A stretch of DNA of 32,000 nt from Edaphobacter aggregans (GTDB lineage: Bacteria > Acidobacteriota > Terriglobia > Terriglobales > Acidobacteriaceae), in NCBI RefSeq assembly GCF_003945235.1, contig NZ_RSDW01000001.1:690001-722000 (forward strand). Reading direction: 5' to 3'. Of the stretch, positions 17,268 through 25,955 are shown piece by piece. A program made the translations under genes and the position numbers. Under the pieces are notes generated by a model that had not been told where the DNA came from, did no database searches, and saw only the letters and a program-made list of their open reading frames with translations. The stretch's first letter is position 1. Each line of letters begins with the position of its first letter.

Positions 17268-19325
17268 TCAATGCGCCGCCGCGTCTACCGAGTTCACCAT
17301 CTCCGGCTGAATGACGACACCATCAAATAGAGTCGCGCCCACCAGATGGTTCCCCATAGGCCGCACCAGTCGCAGATTCCAGCCCGTGTTCCAGTAGCTC
17401 ACCTGCTTGTCGGGTAAATGCGCCGAGAACACAAACGTCGTTGAGCTGTTGCCTGTAACCAGTACCCGTTCGCCGCGTTCGTCATAGAAGAGACTGTTCA
17501 CATCCCTAACGTAAAGGTTCTTCACCGACTGCCACGTCGCACCCTTGTCCTGCGAGTTATAGACACCCTCGCGGCCACCAATCCAGAGACCGCCAAAACC
17601 ATCTACCGCAACAGCGGCCGCCTGCGTTAGCTCTGTCGGAGGCTTCACCGGAGTCCAGGTCTGTCCGCCATCGGAGCTGACGACCGCGTTCCGTAAATTG
17701 GCCGCAAAGATCAGCGACTTCGCAGCTGAAACAAAGTACCACTCCTGCCCCTCCGGATTGTTAGCCAGCGTCCAACTCGTTCCCGCTGTCCCACTCTTCA
17801 ATAGTCCCGCAGAGGTCGCCGCGTACATCGTGTCGCCGTCACGCGCAAACGCAAAGACCGTCCCATCAAACACCTTCGCCGGCACAGTCTTTGCCGTCGT
17901 ACGACTCGCACCAACGCTGCTCGTCGCAGTCTTGCCTGCAGTACCTGTCTTCTTGCCAGCCGTCGTAGGTTTCTTTACCGGAGCGGCCGTTGCCGCTGCA
18001 CTCGTCACAGGCAACGCCAACGATACCTGATCCGCCTTACTCCAAAATTCACCCGTGAGCCGATATATCCCGTGCCGCGTACCTGCCAGTACCGTCCCAT
18101 CCGATGCCTGCCCCAGGCTGAAGACATCATGCTTCTCCAGTCCGTTGCTCTTCTGCGTCCACGTCAGGCCGCCGTTATCGCTGACAAATACTCCGCCCCA
18201 GGCCTTATCATTCACCACGCCAACATAAATTGTCGAAGGCTGTCGCGCATCCCCTACAGAGGACGTAATCTGTCTCGCCGAAAACCCATTGTTCGACGGC
18301 TGAAACGAATATCCGCCGTCATTGCTGACCAGCACGCCACCACGGTCAGTCGCCAGCATGACTCGATTCGAATCGGTAGGGTTCACATACACGTCATTGA
18401 CGATCAACTCCGGCCCCGACATACGCACCCACGTCTTCCCGGAATCCGCCGTCCGGTACAACCCTTCCGTCGTACCCGCGAACACGATATTCAAATTGGA
18501 CGGATCTTGCATCAATACCCTTGTTCGGCGTGCAGTATTGGGAATTCCTTGAATCTTGTGAAACATCGCAGCCGCGTTTTCACTCTTATAGATTCCCGAA
18601 CACGCGCTTGCGTAAACCACATTCGGATCCTTTGGATCCACAATGATCGAGAAGACGTCCGAATCGTCGATCAGACCTTCCTTGGCTCCAATGTTGGACC
18701 AATGCGCTCCGCCGTCCGAAGTCTTCCAGGGAAGATGCCACGTCCCCGCATAGATAATCTGCGGATCCTTCGGATCAATCGCAATGGATTCGACCTCGTG
18801 CAACTCCCGGCTGCCTTCAGGGCTAATCAACTGCCAGTGGATCCCACCGTCCGTCGAGCGATAGACGCCCTTCAGCGTACCCGCCACTACCGTCTTTGGA
18901 TCGGATGGCGCACTCGCAAGCGCACGGATGGATTGCCCTTTCAGCTCAGCCGAAGCATTCCATGTCACCCCTGCATCGTCACTGATGTACAGGCCGCCAT
19001 CGCTGCTGCTCAACACCCACGCGCCAACCAGAATGCGCCCCGGCGCCGCCGCATCGACGACGATCGAATCCAGCACCAGGTCATCGCGCTTCCCTACCCT
19101 GGCCAGCCGTTTCCAATCCGCGCCGCCGTTACGCGTTTCGTAGATCCATCCATTGGCCGTCCCCATATAGAGGTGCATCTTGTCGTGCGGATCGGCAGCG
19201 AACGCCCGTGCATCTCCCCCGTTTGGCCCAAAAGGCAACCAATCGGCCGCCTTTACCCGAAGGCAGGTAAGGGAAAGGATCAAGGCAAGAAGAGAGACTT
19301 TAAATCTATTGCGTTTATTCAACAT
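17268..19325 (-). CDS. Secreted BNR/Asp-box repeat beta-propeller protein (sialidase/Ycf48/GH74-like fold)
   Basis: About nine Asp-box motifs (SDDAGVTW, STDGGIHW, TSDGGAHW, TADSGKTW, SDNGGLTW, SSDGGQTW, SQDKGATW and others). The start was set to the ATG at 19325, giving the signal peptide MLNKRNRFKVSLLALILSLTCLRVKA. A T/A/K-rich linker lies between two propeller halves. Confidence 0.8.
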   Translation of the reverse strand: MLNKRNRFKVSLLALILSLTCLRVKAADWLPFGPNGGDARAFAADPHDKMHLYMGTANGWIYETRNGGADWKRLARVGKRDDLVLDSIVVDAAAPGRILVGAWVLSSSDGGLYISDDAGVTWNASAELKGQSIRALASAPSDPKTVVAGTLKGVYRSTDGGIHWQLISPEGSRELHEVESIAIDPKDPQIIYAGTWHLPWKTSDGGAHWSNIGAKEGLIDDSDVFSIIVDPKDPNVVYASACSGIYKSENAAAMFHKIQGIPNTARRTRVLMQDPSNLNIVFAGTTEGLYRTADSGKTWVRMSGPELIVNDVYVNPTDSNRVMLATDRGGVLVSNDGGYSFQPSNNGFSARQITSSVGDARQPSTIYVGVVNDKAWGGVFVSDNGGLTWTQKSNGLEKHDVFSLGQASDGTVLAGTRHGIYRLTGEFWSKADQVSLALPVTSAAATAAPVKKPTTAGKKTGTAGKTATSSVGASRTTAKTVPAKVFDGTVFAFARDGDTMYAATSAGLLKSGTAGTSWTLANNPEGQEWYFVSAAKSLIFAANLRNAVVSSDGGQTWTPVKPPTELTQAAAVAVDGFGGLWIGGREGVYNSQDKGATWQSVKNLYVRDVNSLFYDERGERVLVTGNSSTTFVFSAHLPDKQVSYWNTGWNLRLVRPMGNHLVGATLFDGVVIQPEMVNSVDAAAH

Positions 19326-19442
19326 ATCCGTCCGTCCGTAGCTTGGTTTAAGCATAAACCGAACGCAGCCGGTCGTCAGGAGCATTCAATAGAAAGGCTG
19401 ACTGGGAGATTCCCAGTCAGCCTTTGCCATTCACTGCAAGTT

Positions 19443-21065
19443 CTACTTACTTCTGTGGTGCCGGGCTGGTGCCGACCGAGGCACAGCCTTCACTGCGCTC
19501 TCATCCACAGCGGTTAGACCGGTCTGGTCAAGCGTTGCTCCGGTCGGGATCAGCGTCGAGTTCACAGTCTGACCGTCTTGCGAACCGGTGAAGACCGAGA
19601 TACGGCTTGCATCAACACCCTTCTCACCTACCAGGTAAGCCTTGGTATTGACTGCGCGTGCTGCTGCTGCCGCGCTGCCTGCCTTCTCGCTGCTGCTCGC
19701 GTTGCCGACGACGGCAAGCTTCGCATCAGACGACCGCTGCATGTTGAGGGCGATATCGTCAAGGCAAGCCTTGGCTTCGTTATCAACCCGGTTTGGCCGT
19801 CTCTTGTCACGATCAAACGTGATCGAGCAGAGGCTGGTCGTCGTCACCGCTGGCGGAGGCGTCGGCGCAATTACCGTAACGGTAGTTGTGCACGATGCAG
19901 ACTGGCCCTTGTCATCGACCGTGTTAGCAGTCACCGTAATGGTTCCGGGGGCCGCTCCTGTCGTATTCAGAGTCGCCGTTGAGGTATTGCCGCTGATCGA
20001 ACCAGCCGTTGCGCTGTAGCTGTACGTCAGAGGACGGTTCTGCGGGCTCACGCCGTTCGCGGTAATCGTCGAGGAATCCCCAGGAGATACCGTCGAAGGA
20101 TTCGCCGAGCAACCGATCGTTGGGGGCTGGAACGCCTGAATGGTGAATGGTGCCGAGCAGTCAGCGCTCTCACCGGGCCTGTTGCCCTCAGTCACGTGCC
20201 CCTTGGCGGTGTAGCTGCCAGGAGCCGCGTTCTTCGTGTCGATGTTGGCAACGTTGGAGGTTCCCGTAATCGTACCGCCATCCGTGGTCCAGCTATAGGT
20301 GGCAGTCCTCTTCGGGTTCAGATTCAACGCTGTTCCCGTAACCGTCAAAGGATCGCCAGGGAAAACCGTCGAAGGCGAGACCGAGCAGGTGAAAGTCACC
20401 GGCGGAGGCGGAGTGATGTGGCCGAAGTGCGTCACAATGCCGGTGCTCAACTCAGCGCCGTTCAGGTTCGCACGTCCACCTGTGATACCGGCCGTGGGAG
20501 GCGGCGTGAACGGCCCGAAGTTCGCGTGAATGTAACGGAAGTCCGCCTGGAACAAGCGCAGCGAGAAGCGATTGTCGTGCCATGGAATGTCATAATCCAT
20601 TCCGCCGCCAACATTCAGCGTCGGGCCCCACGTGCTGGGATTGTAGGAAACGTTCCGGGAGTTCGGCCCGTCGAGACTTGCTGCACCGGCACCCGCGTGG
20701 GCAAACAGCGTGAAATTCTGCATTGGCGCGCGGAAGATGGGACCACCCGAGATCGCGTACATATCATTGTTTCTGCCGCCCGGGTGCGCCGCGTAGATAA
20801 TCTCTCCACCGAAATACTTGTTGAAGTAATACGCTCCGCTGCCTATCGCGCCCACATCAATCGAAGAATAATTGATGCCGGCAGGCTTCAACTGTCCATG
20901 GGCTCCCCAGTAGGAATAGCCCGTGAACACATCGACCCGCGAAGGGTTGACGCCCAAGGGGGCGGCTGTGCTGGGAGTCTGAGCACCCAGACTCGCGACT
21001 CCAAGACTGACTGCACATGCAGCCAGTACGAACCGGCCAAAATGACGTAACGGGCTATAAACCAT
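19443..21065 (-). CDS. OmpA-family outer membrane protein: N-terminal beta-barrel, two Ig-like repeats, C-terminal OmpA domain
   Basis: The start was set to the ATG at 21065, which has GGAGGA 6 nt upstream. The signal peptide ends ..ASLGAQ. Alternating aromatic beta-strands follow, then two ~90-aa repeats (..C..PSTV.PGD..T.T...). An OmpA_C-like region follows (DNEAKACLDDIALNMQRSSDAKLAVVGNAS..AAARAVNTKAYLV). Confidence 0.8.
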   Translation of the reverse strand: MVYSPLRHFGRFVLAACAVSLGVASLGAQTPSTAAPLGVNPSRVDVFTGYSYWGAHGQLKPAGINYSSIDVGAIGSGAYYFNKYFGGEIIYAAHPGGRNNDMYAISGGPIFRAPMQNFTLFAHAGAGAASLDGPNSRNVSYNPSTWGPTLNVGGGMDYDIPWHDNRFSLRLFQADFRYIHANFGPFTPPPTAGITGGRANLNGAELSTGIVTHFGHITPPPPVTFTCSVSPSTVFPGDPLTVTGTALNLNPKRTATYSWTTDGGTITGTSNVANIDTKNAAPGSYTAKGHVTEGNRPGESADCSAPFTIQAFQPPTIGCSANPSTVSPGDSSTITANGVSPQNRPLTYSYSATAGSISGNTSTATLNTTGAAPGTITVTANTVDDKGQSASCTTTVTVIAPTPPPAVTTTSLCSITFDRDKRRPNRVDNEAKACLDDIALNMQRSSDAKLAVVGNASSSEKAGSAAAAARAVNTKAYLVGEKGVDASRISVFTGSQDGQTVNSTLIPTGATLDQTGLTAVDESAVKAVPRSAPARHHRSK

Positions 21066-21269
21066 TCGACTTCCTCCGCTCAAATTCTTCAAGTGTGGTG
21101 AGCTTCTAAAATTAGCTCGATATGTTGTTTCGATTCAGTAAAGCTTACCGCAGTTGCTAACCGTACCGGTAAAAAATTACTCTCTTGCAACTATATTTTC
21201 AATAGTTTACCCATGGGCCCGCTCAAACTGCACTGGGGAGAACCTTCCCAGTTACCAATGTCTCAAATC

Positions 21270-21887
21270 CTAATCAAGATTCAGCGTCTTTCGCAGCGTG
21301 CCGCGCTCGTGCTGAATCTTCTCCTGCAACAGCGTAATCGCGTACAAAAGCTGCTCCGGACGCGGTGGGCAGCCAGGGACATAAATATCAACAGGGATCA
21401 CCTGATTGACCCCCTGAAGCAACGCATAATTGTTGAAAACCCCACCCGAAGTCGCACATGCCCCCATCGAAATCACCCATTTCGGCTCAGGCATCTGCTC
21501 ATATAGCCTCCGGATCACCGGTGCCATCTTCTGCGAGACGCGCCCTGCAATAATCATCAAATCGCTCTGCCGGGGCGACGGGCGAAATACCTCTGCTCCA
21601 AACCGCGCAATATCGTATCGCGACCCACCCATCGACATCATCTCGATCGCGCAGCACGCCAGCCCAAACGTCATCGGCCAGATCGAGTTCTTCCTCACCC
21701 AGTTGATCGCCGCATCCATCGACGCCAGAACGATCCCCTCCGGTTGGTCATATCCCCAGCTAACCTCTCTCAGCTTCTCCCGGTTCTTGCCAAAACTGTC
21801 CAGGCTACCGAAGAGGTAGCGGTCATCCTTCTGCGGAACCGTCGTGGGACGGCCGTTGCTCGTCGTTTCGTCTGCAGCTGTAGTCAT
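21270..21887 (-). CDS. nuoB: NADH-quinone oxidoreductase subunit B (complex I 20-kDa/PSST subunit)
   Basis: 205 aa carrying [23 protein letters not shown] and [12 protein letters not shown], the four Cys ligands of cluster N2. No other nuo gene is adjacent in this window. Confidence 0.92.
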   Translation of the reverse strand: MTTAADETTSNGRPTTVPQKDDRYLFGSLDSFGKNREKLREVSWGYDQPEGIVLASMDAAINWVRKNSIWPMTFGLACCAIEMMSMGGSRYDIARFGAEVFRPSPRQSDLMIIAGRVSQKMAPVIRRLYEQMPEPKWVISMGACATSGGVFNNYALLQGVNQVIPVDIYVPGCPPRPEQLLYAITLLQEKIQHERGTLRKTLNLD

Positions 21888-22003
21888 ATCACTAATATAA
21901 AACCGATTCCCCGCCGGAAAGCTAATTTCCAGTTTCGATCAGAAATAGTTTGGCCCGGGGACATGAATTTGGATGCGACTCCGCGCAATAGGTTGGCTGG
22001 CAG

Positions 22004-22714
22004 TTACATACAGCTCGACCGCTCCAGCCGAACGCCCTTATCTGGTCGAAACCCCACCGGAAGCTCCAGACTGATCCGGAACCGCATCCACGTCACCCGC
22101 CCTAGCGGCGTAACCTTACCGTCCGCAGGCTGTTCTATCCGGTGTGCCGTCGACCCGAAATGCGAAGCCACCGTAGCCGCCGCCTTCGCCTGATCCGCCA
22201 TTCCCGGAACCAGATGAGCGTCTAGTATCTCCAACCGACCTTGAGGCGCCTGGCTGACCCGCTCGGCTAACCTGCCCTTCACATCCTCCGACGGAATCGC
22301 GGACTTCCGGTACTCGCTATAAACCTCAGCCAATTGAGCGAAACTCCGCCCATCAGCCGCAAACCGGAACTCCCGCGGATTCCACCCCACTGCATCCTGT
22401 GCCCTAAAACTATAGTCCGTGCTAATCAACAATGGGCTAACCGACTGATAAGGTGGGGTAGCTAACTCCGCATAATCATGAGCAGGCCGCGGTCCCCCAG
22501 CCGGCAGCACCCGCAGAATCCACCCGGAAGCCAACGGCTCCAGCATCACCTCAAGCCCATTCCCAATCGGCCGCACAAACTCCTTACCGGCGCGAACCTC
22601 CCCCTCCAGCACCCCCCGAACGCAAGTCTTCCCTGATGGCCCCGCCGCCCACCCCACCCCGACACCCAGCACAACCACCCAGACCACCGCCACAACCCAA
22701 AACCTAACGCGCAT
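22004..22714 (-). CDS. Hypothetical secreted protein, translationally coupled to glnD
   Basis: The ATG at 22714 has GGAGGAGA immediately upstream and overlaps the last 11 nt of glnD. The N-terminus MRVRFWVVAVVWVVVLGVGVGWAAG is signal-peptide-like. I recognise no family. Confidence 0.6.
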   Translation of the reverse strand: MRVRFWVVAVVWVVVLGVGVGWAAGPSGKTCVRGVLEGEVRAGKEFVRPIGNGLEVMLEPLASGWILRVLPAGGPRPAHDYAELATPPYQSVSPLLISTDYSFRAQDAVGWNPREFRFAADGRSFAQLAEVYSEYRKSAIPSEDVKGRLAERVSQAPQGRLEILDAHLVPGMADQAKAAATVASHFGSTAHRIEQPADGKVTPLGRVTWMRFRISLELPVGFRPDKGVRLERSSCM

Positions 22715-25364
22715 TCTCCTCCATCGCCTCAATCAGTGCCCGCCCCAGAGCCTCTTGCTCATCTTTCTCCAGCTTCGCCCCATCCTTGGTCAGATAAAAC
22801 ACGTCGATCGCCATCTCCCCCTCGGTATCGATCAGCGCCACCTCGATATTGCATCCAAACCCGGCCAGTGTCAGACTCAACGCCCGAAGCAGCCCGGGAA
22901 CGTCCTGCGTCACCACCTCCACCAGCGTGCTGTGCGACGACGCCTCATCATCAAACTCGACCCGTGTCTCCACCACCACCTTCGGAGCCTTGCGCCGCCC
23001 CCGTTTCCGCCCACTCAATAGCTTCTCGACCGACACTGTCCCCGTCATCACATCGTGGACACTCTTCACAAACCCCACATGCTCCGAAGCATTCATCTCC
23101 AGCGTCCGGAAACTGTCCGTAAACCGGAAGCTATCCACTACCACCCCCTGCCGGTTCGAAAACGCATCCGCCGTGACGATGTTCATCCCCCACCCAGCCA
23201 GCGCACCCGACATGTTCGCGAACAGCAGCGCCCGATCCGGCGTCACCACCGTCAGCTCACTCACTGCTGGCGAGTACCGGAAATCCAGCTGCACCGCATC
23301 CTCCCCCAACCGCTGCGACATCTGGAAGTGAGTCCGCACTTGCTCCGGCGTACGCGTCCGCACATACCTCTCTGGAAACCCCTCAAGATACCCCGCCACC
23401 GCCGCCCGCTGTCCGGGCAGCAACGATGCCACCCGATGCACCAGCTCGCTCTCCGCCTGCGCTCCCACCCGCTCCTCATCCACGCTGCGATCCAGATGAT
23501 TCGCCGTCGCCATATACAGCCGCCACAGATTCTCCGCCTTCCAGGGCGTCAAGGCATCCGGATGCACTGCGTTAATGTCCGCATACGTAAACAGCGTCAG
23601 CATGCGAAGCATCTCAGGCGTCTGAACCTTGCCCGCAAACGCCCCCACCGTCTCGGCGTCGAAGATATCCCGCCGCAGCGCAGCCGACATCTCCAGATGG
23701 TTCGCAATCAGCCCCAACACCAATCCGCTCTCATACGAATCCAGCTCCAGCCGAGCCAGCACACTCTGCGTTAGCCGAACACTCTCCTGCGCATGACTGC
23801 CTGTCTCCCGCCCCTTACCCGTGTCATGCAGCAAAGCCGCCAGATACAGGAGCCCCGGATGAGGCAGCTCCCGCAACAAACCTCCGAACCGCGTCGACCA
23901 CTCCGCCTTCGCTCCCGTCTGCGCATCCTCCAGCGCATGCAGCGTATCGATCAACACAAACGTGTGCTCATCGACCGTGTACCGGTGGTAAGCATCGCGA
24001 ATCACCAGCGCATCGATCCCATGAAACTCCGGAATCAGCAGTTCCAGCACCCCCAGCGCATGCATCGAGCGCAGCGCCGCCCCCGCATGCCGCCCCGTCA
24101 GTATGGCCTCGAGCTTGTGCCACAGCGTCGGCCCCTCTTCCAGATCCGCCGACATCAACGGCAGAGCCTCCGAGATCCGCTCCTCGGCCTCCCTGCCCAG
24201 CGTGCACCCCGTCCGAGCCATCGCTGCAAATACCTGCAGCACGACATCCGGGTCGTTCGCAGGATCCTCACCCGCTGCCGTCACCACATCCAGCACCACC
24301 CGCCCCCGCTCCAGGCGAAAGCCCTGCTGCTCCGTCCCCTGCGGCTTCCGGTCACCCTTCAAACCCAGCAGCCTGGACGAGGCCTTCGCAACCGGCGCAG
24401 GAACCTCCTCCATCATCTGCTTCACCCTTTGCTCCACGCTCCGGGCATGCCTGAAGTAGATCCGCATCCAGTACGCCGCATCCACTTTCTTCGGGCGGCG
24501 TCCCACCAACCCGATCTCCCCCTCAGCCGCAGCATCTTGAGCCTTCCAGGCCAACGTATTGTCATCCCGCTCATGCCGATAGTGCAGAAAGCACCGCACC
24601 AGCCGCAGAAACTCCACCGCCTGCCGAAACTCCCGCCCTTCCTCTGCATCCCCATTCTTGGTCTCGACTCCAACCCCCTGCAGCCGAGCCAACCACCCAC
24701 ACACGTTCACATCGCGCAGCCCACCCGGACAGTCCTTGATATTCGGCTCCAGATGAAACAACGTATCCCCATACTTCGCATGACGAGCCCGCGTCAGCTC
24801 CATCAACCGCGCCACAATCGCCTTCTGATCCCGCTGCAACAGCTTCGGCACCACCTGCCCCGACAGCTTGTTGTACAGCTCCGTATCGCCCGTAAGCAGA
24901 CGATGATCCATCAGCGACAGGGCAAACTCAGCATTGTCCTCATCAAACTTCTCGCACTCCGCCAGCTTCCGTGTCGCTGGCGACACCCGTATCCCGCAGT
25001 CCCAAAGCTCCTGATTCACGCGCCGGATCGCGTCCTTCACATCCTTCTCAACCACCCGGCCATCCAGCAGAAACAGCAGGTCCACATCCGAGTAAGGAAA
25101 AAGCTCCCGCCGTCCATACCCACCCACCGCCAGCACTGCAATTCCGCTAGCCAGCCGTGCATCCTGCTCAATAACCTGCTGCCAAAGCCCACCAACCAGT
25201 TCGTCAAGCGCCCGAGCCCGAGCCGCAATCGTCACCGACCCCGACGCACCCGTCTCGAACGCGCCACGAATCTCCAGCATCATCCGCTGGTACTTCCCGC
25301 GCATCCCGCTACTTGTGGATTCGTTTACCTGCATCTGTCTCTTTGCTGTCGGAGCCTCCAGCAT
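22704..25364 (-). CDS. glnD: [Protein-PII] uridylyltransferase / uridylyl-removing enzyme
   Basis: 886 aa with a nucleotidyltransferase motif GGYGRRELFPYSDVDLLFL, an HD domain (LLHDTGKG) and two C-terminal ACT-like domains. The exact start is uncertain: 25364 or the ATG at 25334. Confidence 0.92.
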   Translation of the reverse strand: MLEAPTAKRQMQVNESTSSGMRGKYQRMMLEIRGAFETGASGSVTIAARARALDELVGGLWQQVIEQDARLASGIAVLAVGGYGRRELFPYSDVDLLFLLDGRVVEKDVKDAIRRVNQELWDCGIRVSPATRKLAECEKFDEDNAEFALSLMDHRLLTGDTELYNKLSGQVVPKLLQRDQKAIVARLMELTRARHAKYGDTLFHLEPNIKDCPGGLRDVNVCGWLARLQGVGVETKNGDAEEGREFRQAVEFLRLVRCFLHYRHERDDNTLAWKAQDAAAEGEIGLVGRRPKKVDAAYWMRIYFRHARSVEQRVKQMMEEVPAPVAKASSRLLGLKGDRKPQGTEQQGFRLERGRVVLDVVTAAGEDPANDPDVVLQVFAAMARTGCTLGREAEERISEALPLMSADLEEGPTLWHKLEAILTGRHAGAALRSMHALGVLELLIPEFHGIDALVIRDAYHRYTVDEHTFVLIDTLHALEDAQTGAKAEWSTRFGGLLRELPHPGLLYLAALLHDTGKGRETGSHAQESVRLTQSVLARLELDSYESGLVLGLIANHLEMSAALRRDIFDAETVGAFAGKVQTPEMLRMLTLFTYADINAVHPDALTPWKAENLWRLYMATANHLDRSVDEERVGAQAESELVHRVASLLPGQRAAVAGYLEGFPERYVRTRTPEQVRTHFQMSQRLGEDAVQLDFRYSPAVSELTVVTPDRALLFANMSGALAGWGMNIVTADAFSNRQGVVVDSFRFTDSFRTLEMNASEHVGFVKSVHDVMTGTVSVEKLLSGRKRGRRKAPKVVVETRVEFDDEASSHSTLVEVVTQDVPGLLRALSLTLAGFGCNIEVALIDTEGEMAIDVFYLTKDGAKLEKDEQEALGRALIEAMEENAR

Positions 25365-25501
25365 ACAACCAGCGGGGCACCTTGCTCGACTTAGTAGCAG
25401 GAGTTAGGGAGAATTTTCGAGAAGGGGGCAGAGTGCCTGTTGAAGAGAAGTAGCAATCAACAGAAGGTAAATGTAACAGAAGTTCTGAAAAGAGATTCAA
25501 C

Positions 25502-25546
25502 GCGGATATTCCCTCAGTAGCTAATAACTACCGAGAGAATATCCGC
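25502..25546 (-). terminator. Long imperfect hairpin between glnK and glnD (terminator/attenuator or processing site)
   Basis: Outer 10-bp stem GCGGATATTC (25502-25511) / GAATATCCGC (25537-25546) with further inner pairing (GTAG/CTAC, CTC/GAG). On the minus strand it is followed by a pyrimidine-rich stretch, GTTGAATCTCTTTTCAG. Confidence 0.4.
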
Positions 25547-25571
25547 CACAAGACTAACTTTGCGAACCGGC

Positions 25572-25916
<345 letters not shown>

Positions 25917-25955
25917 TTAGCCCTTCCTCATAGCTCGCAGCCTAACGCCCGTAGC

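Noticed and set aside
15930-17330. 466-aa plus-strand ORF antisense to the MqnE-family gene
   Set aside because: It lies opposite a radical-SAM gene with an intact CxxxCxxC and family motifs. The composition (R, H, P, L) is shadow-ORF-like, and its 5' part runs through non-coding DNA.
18072-19517. 481-aa plus-strand ORF antisense to the Asp-box propeller gene; likewise 20196-21050 (+) antisense to OmpA, 30620-31552 (-) antisense to the S10 peptidase, 12065-12820 (-) antisense to the MFS gene and 29402-29965 (-) antisense to gmhA
   Set aside because: All lie opposite genes with strong family signatures. Their translations are arginine/proline/glycine-rich with no motifs. This is the expected artefact of high GC3 codon usage.
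23793-25394. 533-aa plus-strand ORF, together with the 239-aa ORF at 23055-23774, antisense to glnD
   Set aside because: It is entirely antisense to a gene with unmistakable GlnD domains. The translation is R/H/P/Q-rich low-complexity sequence, typical of shadow ORFs in GC-rich, GC3-biased genes. It has no SD or recognisable motifs.
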